A DNA stretch of 64,000 nt, taken from NCBI GenBank assembly GCA_050613775.1, contig JBODTK010000133.1:1-64000 (forward strand), given 5' to 3'. The notes below the pieces were generated by a model, which saw nothing but the letters and a program-made list of their open reading frames with translations, had not been told where the DNA came from and ran no database searches. Position numbers and translations under genes: made by a program. The DNA comes from Neocallimastix sp. 'constans' (lineage: Eukaryota). The stretch's first letter is position 1, and every line of letters starts with the position of its first letter. This document shows, in pieces, positions 12,501 to 23,000 of the stretch.

Positions 12501-15154
12501 GTCTAAAGGCTAATTTATCAAAATGCCATTTTATTAAACAAGAAGTTGAAGTATTAGGCCATATTTTATCCACAGAAGGTATAAAGCCAGTACCCAAAAA
12601 GGTAGATGTAATATCCAAATGGGAATCACCTAAAAATATTACTCAATTAAGATCTTTCTTAGGTGCAATTGGATATTATAGAAAATTTATTAAAGATTTT
12701 GCTATAATTGCTCAACCATTATTTAAACTATTAAAGAAAAATATAAAATATATCTGGGATGATATAACTGAAGAAAGATTTGAAATTCTTAAGGAAAAAC
12801 TTATTGAAGCTCCTATTCTTAAATATCCAGATTATGATAAACAATTTTTAATTAGAACGGATGCTTCATTAGATGGAATAGGTGGTGTATTAATGCAGAA
12901 AGATAAAGATAACATCGAACATCCAATTCAATACATTAGTAGATCTTTAAAACCTACTGAAATAAATTATAGTATTACTGATTTAGAAGGCACAGCTGCT
13001 TATTATTGTTGTTTAAAATTTAAACCATATTTTAGTGGTAATAAATTTGATACTATTTTATATACTGATCATAAACCTTTAATAGGCTTATTTAATAATA
13101 AAGAACCAAATAATGCTCGTCAAGCTAGATGGGTTATAACTTTTAGTATGTTAAAAATTGTAGCTAAATATGAACAAGGAAAGAAAAATGTTATTGCTGA
13201 TGCACTTTCTCGATTAATTCCTGACTCTAAAAATATTAATAAAGAAATTAAAAATAATACTTTGTTTATTCATTTGAATAATAATGAAAATATTAATTAC
13301 GATTCTATTGAAAATATAAATAGAATGAATAATACAAATAAAAATGATTATCCTTTAAATAATATTTCTGAAGAAAATAATTACGTTAATTTTAATAAAA
13401 ATAATTTAGATAATAATATAATTAATTCTTTAAATAAATTAAATAATAATAATAATAATAATAATAATAATTATATTTTTAAAAATTTAAATAATAATTC
13501 CAGTGTTAATAGTTATTATGAAAAATTTAATAATAATAATAATAATAATGACAAAAATTTTTATTTAGAAAATTTTAATAATAATTGTAATAATAGTAGT
13601 AACGATATTAAAAATTTTTCAAAGGAATTTTGTAACCTTAATCAAAATAATATTAAAAATTTTTCTGAAAAACTTAATTATAACAATATTAATAAAAATT
13701 GTATTAAAAATTTTTATGAAAATAATTTTGATAAAAATCCTTTAATTGATATTTCTGAAAATTCTTATAATAAAAATCTTAATATATGTAATTCTAAAAT
13801 TAATGATAACTATAATGAAAATAATATTAATTTAAATAAAAGTAAAGATAATAATAATTTGGAAAATTATTATATTTTAAATAAAGATTCCATTGAAAAT
13901 AATTTTAATGAAAATGAAATAATTTTTGTTACAACTAATGATGACAGTAATAATACTGAAGTTGAAGAATTAAATAATAGTATTGCTATTAAAGAATATT
14001 TGAAAAAGAAAATAATTATTATAGATAATATTAAATATTTTAAAGACGGAGAAAATATTCGTAAATTTGTCGAAAACAAAGAAGAGAAAATAGAACTATT
14101 ATTAGCTGCGCATAGTGTTGGACATGAAGGCTATTATAAAACATACGATAGACTTAAAAGGAAATATTATTGGGAAAACATGTCCAAAGATGTAGAATTA
14201 CTTGTTAAAACTTGCCATGATTGTCAAATGAACAGACCACAACCAATTAATAGAGGTACTGAATCATTTGCTACTAAACCAGGTTTACCCTTTACTCGAG
14301 TTGGTTTAGACATTATAGGACCCTTACCTATCACTAAATCAAATAATAAATACATAATTGTTTTAGTTGATTATTTTACAAAATGGGTAGAAGCCGAACC
14401 ATTTCCTACAATTGAATCTAAAGACGTTATTAAGTTTCTTACTAATGTATTTTCTCGACATGGCATTCCTGAAATTTTAATCACTGATAATGGTCCGCAA
14501 TTTACTTCCAATGCTACAAAAGGATTTTTAGATTTATATAATGTTTATGTTCATTACATCAGTACTTACCATCCTGAAAGTAATGGCCAAGTTGAAAATA
14601 GAAATAGAGAAATTATAAAATATATTAGACTACTTGGAGGAACAGAAAAGAATTGGGATGAAATTCTTCCAGTTGCTTTATGGGCCTTAAGAACTTGCAA
14701 AAGTGAAGTTACAAAATTTTCTAGTTTTGAACTCTTATATGGTAGAACTGATCTACAACCATTCGAATTAACAATTGCATATAATGATAGAAATATAAAT
14801 GAAACCTTTGATGAATATTTAATTAGAAAATTTACAACTCATCATAAATGGATTATGGAAGCCACTGCTAATATTGATAATGCTAATAAATTATGGGAAA
14901 ATAGAAGAAAACAACAAAAATCTATGAATACTGTTTTTGAACCAGGGGACTTAGTTTTAGTTAGAAATTTCTCAAGAAGAAAGTTAGACCCCTTTTACAC
15001 TGGTCCTTTTAGAATTGTTCAAATGAATTATAATACCGCTTGTATTTGTGATATTTACACTGGTGAAATAGCTGACAGAAATGTACACCAGAAAAATCTT
15101 GTTCATTATTATACTTGGTATAATCAGACTTCAGGGGACGAAGTCTCATCTTAA
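9572..15154 (+). CDS. pol: Pol of element A (protease, RT, RNase H, integrase), reached by -1 frameshift; first ATG at 9809
   Basis: YLDSCSS protease-like motif; RT LDLFSGFHQ..MPFGL..YMDD; RNase H TDAS..TDHKPL..ADALSR; integrase HHCC, DDE core and GPF motif; no chromodomain. The -1 frame is open from the slippery site to 9809. Confidence 0.95.
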   Translation, partial: KLLNGRRNTPINQTNTTLLTNSLTGTKESSNIEDNKEIAIVAERRSRKTNENKPYKKATKKSLKENPQPIKVPSNNQEQMEMEPESETNSNNKGNENQKETEALNHLDPSFINEPSIEEAKRRNKKERAKEIKELAKEIQLPSEKKVEKSNKENITKKLKITGNQDNYNIVDDIGNKFANITIGQLLNINPKLRTELSKALKFTTIIEDEETILSTIKKDKIVKTKCKVENVETTVYLDSCSSINMITKTFMINNKIPFKPISAIKETLYQACTNTTLISKLYEIEITIGNITSKEIFRLVEKDDIFQVLIGVDALARMKIIMDFSDHTLYQKTDEIRKIGSFESVTEIEDEEDDIKDEFEEELNKDVLVDYLLTTEDKYIQILYEENNDNNDIDNSFGNHNDKDGNNFCNINNNDNYLKNVFGCKINNDKISKIYNNNCSSNKDINNNNTNKNFNTINNHDNPNEINIDNNNNIENFSNKNFSSKNLSNKNFNSKNFSNKIFNNRINNIFEKPINKNNINNSISINNKNCSSENFNNKNNINNFSKNLYDVNNTDNISKDLDNINNIYENLNSINNTNNPYNIFGNKNNINNFSEIFNKNNINNLSENLNKNNINNLSENLNKNNINTDKPSENFCNDNNDNIVSKDVDNTISDKNFSTIFNEDVNNKNSFEINHHVKDINDFVISGNKKDNKNSLQNNYSLLTKINEINDKKNYENSVIKNIDISIENTVKNFKSVKEITIHEIAAKAPTKIRNKLKFLLLNNINVLALDTDDLGKSKLLSHKIKIISGRMPIKQRMYRVANKKQMSILREEISKLLRNGLIEPSKSSWSFPVILVPKKNGKWRMVVDYRKLNDITIKDAYPLPYIEEILFSIGNKVKYLTTLDLFSGFHQIPMEKEDRDKTCFTTMFGNYNYKVMPFGLCNAPATFQREMNRIFLPLIGKCMFIYMDDLVIFSDTLEQHILDLQKVFDIIKENGLKANLSKCHFIKQEVEVLGHILSTEGIKPVPKKVDVISKWESPKNITQLRSFLGAIGYYRKFIKDFAIIAQPLFKLLKKNIKYIWDDITEERFEILKEKLIEAPILKYPDYDKQFLIRTDASLDGIGGVLMQKDKDNIEHPIQYISRSLKPTEINYSITDLEGTAAYYCCLKFKPYFSGNKFDTILYTDHKPLIGLFNNKEPNNARQARWVITFSMLKIVAKYEQGKKNVIADALSRLIPDSKNINKEIKNNTLFIHLNNNENINYDSIENINRMNNTNKNDYPLNNISEENNYVNFNKNNLDNNIINSLNKLNNNNNNNNNNYIFKNLNNNSSVNSYYEKFNNNNNNNDKNFYLENFNNNCNNSSNDIKNFSKEFCNLNQNNIKNFSEKLNYNNINKNCIKNFYENNFDKNPLIDISENSYNKNLNICNSKINDNYNENNINLNKSKDNNNLENYYILNKDSIENNFNENEIIFVTTNDDSNNTEVEELNNSIAIKEYLKKKIIIIDNIKYFKDGENIRKFVENKEEKIELLLAAHSVGHEGYYKTYDRLKRKYYWENMSKDVELLVKTCHDCQMNRPQPINRGTESFATKPGLPFTRVGLDIIGPLPITKSNNKYIIVLVDYFTKWVEAEPFPTIESKDVIKFLTNVFSRHGIPEILITDNGPQFTSNATKGFLDLYNVYVHYISTYHPESNGQVENRNREIIKYIRLLGGTEKNWDEILPVALWALRTCKSEVTKFSSFELLYGRTDLQPFELTIAYNDRNINETFDEYLIRKFTTHHKWIMEATANIDNANKLWENRRKQQKSMNTVFEPGDLVLVRNFSRRKLDPFYTGPFRIVQMNYNTACICDIYTGEIADRNVHQKNLVHYYTWYNQTSGDEVSS

Positions 15155-15166
15155 GCGGGGAGATTA

Positions 15167-16769
15167 TGATACGGGGTGTCACTAAATACCTTGTATTTCC
15201 TATTAAATACTCTTAATAATAATAAAATAAAATTATTATTAAATATTCTTATTAAAATCTTTTATTAATATCAAATATAATAAAAATTATTATTAAATAT
15301 TCTTATTAAAATCTTTTATAATAAAAATTATTATTAAATATTCTTATAAAATTCTTTTATTAATATTAAATATAATAAAAATTATTATTAAATATTCTTA
15401 TTAAAATCTTTTATTAATATCAAATATAATAAAAATTATTAAATATTCTAATAAAAATCTTTTATTAATATTAAATATAATAAAAATTATTATTAAATAT
15501 TCTTATTAAAATCTTTTATAATAAAAATTATTATTAAATATTCTTATAAAATTCTTTTATTAATATTAAATATAATAAAAATTATTATTAAATATTCTTA
15601 TTAAAATCTTTTATTAATATCAAATATAATAAAAATTATTAAATATTCTAATAAAAATCTTTTATTAATATTAAATATAATAAAAATTATTATTAAATAT
15701 TCTTATTAAAATCTTTTATAATAAAAATTATTATTAAATATTCTTATAAAATTCTTTTATTAATATCAAATCTAATAAAAATTATTATTAAATATTCTTA
15801 TTAAAATCTTTTATTAATATCAAATATGATAAAAATTATTATTAAATATTCTTATAAATTTCTTTTATTAATATCAAATATAATAAAAATTATTATTAAA
15901 TATTCTTATTAAAATCTTTTATAATAAAAATTATTATTAAATATTCTTATAAAATTCTTTTATTAATATTAAATATAATAAAAATTATTATTAAATATTC
16001 TTATTAAAATCTTTTATTAATATCAAATCTAATAAAAATAATTATTAAATATTTTATTAATATTAAATATAATAAAAATTATTACTAAATATTTTTATTA
16101 AAAATTATATAATATTTAAATCATTACTAATTCTTATTTTTATATTAAGAATAATAAAAACCTATTTCAATAAATATTTGATGTAAAATACAGAATTATA
16201 AGTTTCTGTATAATATTTTCTAAAACCTTTGAAATAAACTAAAAATAAAACAAAATTAAAAATAAATTAAATCTTTATTAAAATAAAAATGAACTAAAAT
16301 ACAGAAGAATTCCAATAATAAAAATGATCTAAAATACAGAAAATATCAATTCTGTATAATTTTCTCTCTGAATAACAATATCATGAAGAAGCTACCGCCT
16401 GGAATGCCCTTCGTGATACAAGCCCCAAATTAATTTTTTTATATTTTTATTTAATAAATGTTATTTTTTTTTTTTAAAAAAATAATTTAAAATAATAGTT
16501 AAAAATTAAAATAAAATAGTTATAATAGTTTTTTTTTTTATAAAGAATATATTAATAATAAATAAAATGTATTAAAATAAAAGTATAAAAAGAAGAATAA
16601 ATTTCTTTCTTTTTAATACGGGGAACAAATAATTTTAATTTTAAATTTAAATAAAGAATATTTTAAAATTTAATTTTTTTTCTTGTTTCCAAATTTATTT
16701 TTATAGTTATGTGTTAATATTTATTTTTTTGTTTTGAATATCTTAGTGTTTCAACCCCAGCCCGTATCA
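15167..16769 (+). repeat. 3' LTR of element A (preceded by PPT aagcggggaga at 15153-15163)
   Basis: Direct repeat of 4687-6289. Confidence 0.95.
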
Positions 16770-16773
16770 ATTT

Positions 16774-17786
16774 TGGTAAAGAATGAATTAATAACCTTTA
16801 TTTTATTATTAATAATTCTTTACTAAATTGTACTTTCCTATATTCTTCATAACCTAAACCTCATTGTAAATTTAATTTATTTTGATATAAATTAATTTAC
16901 ACTTGTAAATAATGTAAATAAATTTTAATTAATTACTTTATTGTTATATTATTAAATATATGTATATATTAAAATACAATTGTAAATATTAAAATTATAC
17001 TTTAAGATACTAAATTATTAAAAGTATTAATTAAATATTATTATAAAAATTATTATAAAATTATTAAAATTATTAATTAAATATTATTCTAAAAATTATT
17101 ATAAATTATTAATATTATAAAATTATTAAAATTATTAAATATTATTATAAAAATTTATTTATTATAACTATTAAATATTATTATAAAATTATTAAGATTA
17201 TTAATTAAATTTATTATTAAAAATTATTATTAAAAATTTTTACTTATTATAAAAATTATTATTTAAATATTATCAAATTTATTAATTAAATATTATAAAA
17301 ATTTTATTTTATTTTGAAAATAATTACAAGTATTATTTAAAATAATTAAAGATTATTAAATTTATTATATTAATCTTTAAAAACAATTTATTTAACTTAA
17401 AAATATCAAAGAAAATAGTAAAAACTATTTTCTATATATTTATTTTATAATTATTTTTAATTAAATTATATTTGAATATTATATTATTATATTTATAAAA
17501 ATTAAAACAAAAATGAATTATTGATATAAAATTAATTCAATAATTCTATAAAATTACTTAAATTATAAACAATTAATTATACTTTAAATTTATAAAAAAA
17601 TATAAATATTGTAACAATTTCTTAAAAATTAAATGTGTGTACTTTAAATAAAAAACTTTTATATTAATAAAAAAAAATAAATAATTTTTAATAAAGAATT
17701 ATTTTTTTTTTTAAAATCAAAGCAGGGTAATACCCGTCCCCCCCTGCTTGATTTTAAATATCTAAGTGTCAACCCCGAGTCTACCA
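16774..17786 (+). mobile_element. Solo LTR 'B'
   Basis: TGGTA...TACCA termini flanked by ATTT on both sides. The start resembles LTRs F and C (GAATGAA); the end resembles LTR A (tatct.agtgt..caacccc). Confidence 0.8.
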
Positions 17787-18591
17787 ATTTTAATACAGAA
17801 TGAACAAATAATACTAATTGTGCTAGAATAATATAAATTATTCTAACCTTATAGATTATTCTATTCTATATAATTGGAACTTTCCAATATTCTTCCAATA
17901 TTACTAAATAGAAATCTTAAGTTAATAAATCACTAATTAACTTATAATTCCTTTTTGAATTATCGATCCGATTCCATTATAATGTATTAAAAATCTTTAG
18001 CCAAGAATATTGTCCTTGCCCACTTAATATATTAATATTATATTTCTTTTGTATTATGTTATATTGAAAATAATCAAATCTATTTAATTAGTTATTAAAA
18101 TTTTCGTTATCAATTTAAATTTATTTTTAATTACTAAATTTAACTAAACCACAATAAAATATTCTGTATAATCTCTTTATTTTTATTTTATATATATTAG
18201 TATTAAACTATTATTAAATAATTAATAATTCAATAATATATAACTACTATTTATAACAATAATATTATTAACTAAAATAATAATTCAATTTCAATTTAAA
18301 TGTTTTATTTATTAAAATAATTAGTAATTAGTTTATTAAAAAAAATAGTTAGGCTTTACAAATTTTAATTTGATAAAAAAATATAAATACATGTAATTTT
18401 TAGTGAAATAAAATATAATCAATAACTTTCTTTTTATTAAATAAATAATTATATTATTATTTTTTTTCTTTTATAAATTTAAATAAATAAATATTGATTT
18501 TAAAACATATTATTTTTTTATATTGTAATTTTATTATTTGTGTTAATTATTATTATATTCCTAAAACTATATGAACCATACCATGAAAAAT

Positions 18592-18609
18592 TGGTGGAGA
18601 TATCGGGGA
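18592..18609 (+). other. Primer binding site of element C (tRNA-Ala-like)
   Basis: TGGTGGAGATATCGGGGA; reverse complement TCCCCGATATCTCCACCA. Confidence 0.8.
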
Positions 18610-19091
18610 ATATAATAATAAATTAATACATTGGGGATAAAATTATAATATTAATAAATAATTTTTCTAATAAAACAAATATTTTTTTAAAAAAGAAAAC
18701 AATATTTATATTTTTAACTAATTATTATTAATTGTTAAAAATATTAATTAATATTAAATTAAACTAATATTCGTGCATAGATTTCCGGGTTAAGTTTATC
18801 CTACATAGTAATTGGGCTAGTAGGCTCTGGACTGCTATTTTTTATATTGAAAATAGTAACCGTGGCACACGCGTGGCATGACACCTTTCAAGAGGTAAGC
18901 TGCACGTCAGACAGTGTGTACTATCAGATTGCACGATTATTATAATTTAATAAGTGATTAATAATAATAAATAATTAATAATTTTATTAGTTAAAAGATT
19001 TATTTTTTTTAATTTTTTTTATTTTTACTTTTTTATAACAATTTATACATTACGAGGTTTAGCATTCTATAGATACAATAAATTTTATTTT

Positions 19092-20009
19092 ATGAGAACA
19101 TCCAGTACTTCCAGTACTCCAACAGAGAGTACTCCAGAAAGTAAGCTTAGCTTCAGAGAATTAAAGAAAGAATTAAAAGATTTTGAAAAGCTTACTAAAC
19201 AAAACCTTGACATCAACTCCTGGGCAAATGAGTTAAAGGCATGGATAAAATACCAACATATCAAGGATCCTGAAACTATTTTTACTGCTTGTATATTAAC
19301 GGCTTCTGGAGAACCAAGAGAAATTATCCAAGAACTAGAAGATGGAAATGACCTTACTGAAGATGAAGATTCTGATTTCGATAGCGATAGTGAAGGAGAA
19401 GATGATGAAGAAAGTGAATCTACTACCACCTACCCAAGCCTTGATGAAATCATAAATCATCTGAAGACTTTCTATGGACTTAAAGAAGATCAAACCAACT
19501 TGTTACGAGAATTGCGTTCCATGAAAATAAAGAAGAACGAGAAAGTTAAAGATTTTAATGTCCGTTATAGATCTTTGTACCATAAATTGGATAAAAAGAG
19601 AAGAAGAAAAATTAGTGTTTTAGATTATGCAGATTCCTTAACCAATAATCCTGACGCATGGAGAAAGGTTATGCTTAAAGACAATATTTCTATTACTAAA
19701 GCATTCGCTATAGCTGAAAAAGTTGATCGTTTATCTATTAAAAATAGTACTGAATATTATGATAAGACTCGTTACAATCTCCTTAACTCTAAAAGTAATT
19801 TTAATAAGAACATTTCAAATGATTTTAACAAACCAAAAACCCACAAAAATGTATCTATAGAAAATCTCACTAACAAGATGAAAGAAATGAAAATTAGTAC
19901 TTGCTGGTTTTGTAGCAATGAAGGACATATCAAACGAAACTGTCCTAAATTAAATTCTATATTGGAAAATAACCGCAAGAAGTTTTATGAAAATTATTTA
20001 AACCACTAA
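19092..20009 (+). CDS. gag: Gag of element C
   Basis: 305-aa ORF with CWFCSNEGHIKRNC knuckle; shares KI.K.E..KDFN.RY..LY with gag A. Confidence 0.9.
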   Translation: MRTSSTSSTPTESTPESKLSFRELKKELKDFEKLTKQNLDINSWANELKAWIKYQHIKDPETIFTACILTASGEPREIIQELEDGNDLTEDEDSDFDSDSEGEDDEESESTTTYPSLDEIINHLKTFYGLKEDQTNLLRELRSMKIKKNEKVKDFNVRYRSLYHKLDKKRRRKISVLDYADSLTNNPDAWRKVMLKDNISITKAFAIAEKVDRLSIKNSTEYYDKTRYNLLNSKSNFNKNISNDFNKPKTHKNVSIENLTNKMKEMKISTCWFCSNEGHIKRNCPKLNSILENNRKKFYENYLNH

Positions 20010-23000
20010 AAGGGAGTAGAAGCACTCCCATCGTCAAAAAAATTGCTTCAGTCTGCCATCGTCCCAAAACAGTTGACTTAAAAGAAGATGATGATTATGA
20101 AGAAATTGCTGATTTCCAAGAAGGTACTACTACGGATTATTACGAAGATTTTGATGATGAGTCGGATGGTTCCAAAGAATTGGATTACTTAGTAAACGTT
20201 ATAAAGAGAAAGGCAAATCCTAAAGATGAAGAGACTAGTGACCAAAGAGGAAAGAGGGTTCACCGTAGTCTAAGAGATGATCCTAAGCCAATAGTTACTC
20301 CAGGTTTACGAAAACAAAAAGAAAATCAATTAAGGGGAACATCGCGACCAGTCAAAAAGCCAACAACTCAATTACATCCTTCGATTATGGCTCAACCCAG
20401 AATAGAGAAAGAAAAGAGGATTGAGAAAGAGCTAAGAGATAAGGAAAGAGCTAGTACTAGTACTTCTGTGGAAAATAATAAAAATAGTAATGTTAATATT
20501 ATTAATGAAGAAACTTCTCAGGAAGGAAATAATTCTAAACAAACTTTAAATAAATTAATTCAAGAAAAATCATCAGAAAAATCAACTGAAATTATGCCAA
20601 CTAGAATTCCAAGAAGAATACAAATGCAAACTGATTGTGATAGTTATGACGTGATCAAAGATTTAAACTCCAGTAATTGCAATATTACATTTAGACAATT
20701 ATTGGACGTTGCTCCAAAGATACGGTCTCAAGTATCACAAGGACTTAAATTAGAAAAGAATAATACTAAAATTTCAGGTGCAGTGGATAATATGTGTGCT
20801 ACTACAATAATAACGAACAATATAGATCATACATATAAAAGTAAACATCATGAACCACAAGAAGATGATATTGCTATGGTTGATGTAATAGTAGATGGAG
20901 TTCGTGGTAAGGCTTTAATAGATTCATGTAGCAACTTAAGTATTATCACAAAGCAATTTTTAGATAAATTACCTTATCAGTACGAACCTATAGGAGTTAG
21001 TGCAGGACGAATACGTTTAACAACGATGAATGATGATTACTCAGAAGATGTGTTAATCAAAGTTCCCGTAAAAATTAATGAACTAGAACTACTTGTTACG
21101 TGTAGAATTATAGACAAGGAGGATCCATTCTATGATATATTAATCAACCTCAAAACTCAAATTGATAACCAGTTATTTATACATCCAATTAGATATAGTC
21201 TTTGTCGATTTAATGATCAAGGTTTAATTGAAGAAATTGCACCTATTAATAATGAATATGATGACGAAGAAAAATTATTATGTGTAATCAAAGCATTGAA
21301 TCACCAAGAAGCTAAGCAACAATTGAAAACGATTGAAGGATTACCGCCCATAAAATATATATATGACACAGTTTTTCAAAGTACAATTAATTCAAATTAT
21401 AGAGAAGCTATTACTAAATTACTTGAAAAATATATTGATATAATTGCAACTTCTTCTGAAGAATTAACACCTTCAGATTTATCACCACACAAAATTATTC
21501 TTAAAGAAGGAGTTAAACCTATTAAACAAAAATTTTATCGACTTAGTAAATTAAAAACAGATATCTTAAAAGAAGAATTAACCAAACTCATATATAAAAG
21601 ATTAATTGAACCTTCATGTTCAGAATGGTCATCACCAGTAGTACTTGTGCCTAAAAAGAACGGTAAATGGCGCCTGTGTATTGACTATAGGAAAGTAAAT
21701 GAAGCAACTAAGAAGGATTCTTATTCTTTACCAAATATTGAGGAAATTTTTGATAGCTTAGATGGAGCAAAAATCTTCTCAACATTATATCTTTATTCCG
21801 GTTATCATCAAATATTAATGGATGATGATAGTGTTGAAATCACTACCTTTACAACTAAATTCGGAAACTACCAATTCAAGGTAATGCCCTTCGGTTTAAC
21901 AGGTGCTCCAGCTACATTCCAAAGAGAAATGAACCGTATACTATTTCCCTTAATAGGAAAATGCGTCTATAACTTTATCGATGATATTTTAATCTACTCA
22001 AGAACTGAAGAAGAACACCTAGAACATCTTAAACAAGTCTTAGAAATATTCAAGGAACATAAGTTAAAAATCAATATCGAAAAGTGTTCTTTCATGCAAA
22101 CTGAAGTAGAAGTACTTGGACATAAAGTATCCTCAGAAGGTTTAAGTCCATTGGAAAACAAAGTTGAAGCTATTAAAGAATGGAAGGCTCCCTCTAACAT
22201 TCATGAACTTCGATCATTTTTAGGAGCCATTGGATATTATAGAAATTTTATTAAGGACTTTGCAAAAGTTACTGCTCCTCTCTGCACTCTATTAAGAAAA
22301 GGTATTAAGTATGAATGGAAAAAGGAACAAGAAGAAAGTTTTAAAATTCTTAAGGAAAGATTAATCAATGCCCCAATATTAAGATTTCCTAGATTTGATA
22401 GAGAATTTATTATAAGAACAGATGCTTCCTATGATGGAATAGGCGGTGTGCTTTTACAAAAGGATGATGAAACTGGAAAGGAGCATCCGGTTCATTATAT
22501 TAGTAGAAGTTTATCTAAATCGGAAAAGAATTATGGAATTACGGATCTAGAAAGTGCTGCTCTAATTTACTGTATTAATAAATTAAAATCTTATATTATG
22601 GGAAATCCTAAGCAAACTATAGTATATACAGATCATAGACCATTAATCGGATTACTTAAAAGTAAGGAACCACAAAATTCTCGTCATACTAGATGGTGTT
22701 TGACTGTCAGTATGTTAGGAATTGATTTACGATATGAAACTGGAAAGAATAATGTTGTCGCAGATGCTTTATCAAGAATGAAAAATGAAAAAGAAAAAGT
22801 TGTCTTAACAACACAAATTATCAAGGAACAAGATGAAAACCTGCCTTCAAGAACCATTAAGGAATTTATTGAAGAAAAATTTACGACAACTGATGGTGTG
22901 GACTACTTTGTTGATGGCAATAATTATAGAAAATTAGTTACAGATACAAAAGAAAAACTTCAATTAATTTCTCAAGCACACAGTATAGGACACGAAGGCT

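Larger units (their letters stand above)
4687..16769 (+). mobile_element. Full-length Ty3/Gypsy LTR retrotransposon 'A' (12.1 kb), apparently intact
   Basis: Two 1603-bp LTRs (TGATACGGG...CCCGTATCA), PBS, gag, pol (PR-RT-RH-IN order), PPT, and 4-bp TSD ATTT (4683-4686 / 16770-16773). Confidence 0.96.

Noticed and set aside
10072..14079. Short antisense or alternate-frame ORFs overlapping pol, gag and DnaJ
   Set aside because: Shadow ORFs of real coding sequence or of Asn repeats; no independent evidence.
14900..15154. Chromodomain or env-like ORF after the integrase
   Set aside because: Pol ends ~50 aa after the GPF motif and the PPT/LTR follows at once in both A and C.
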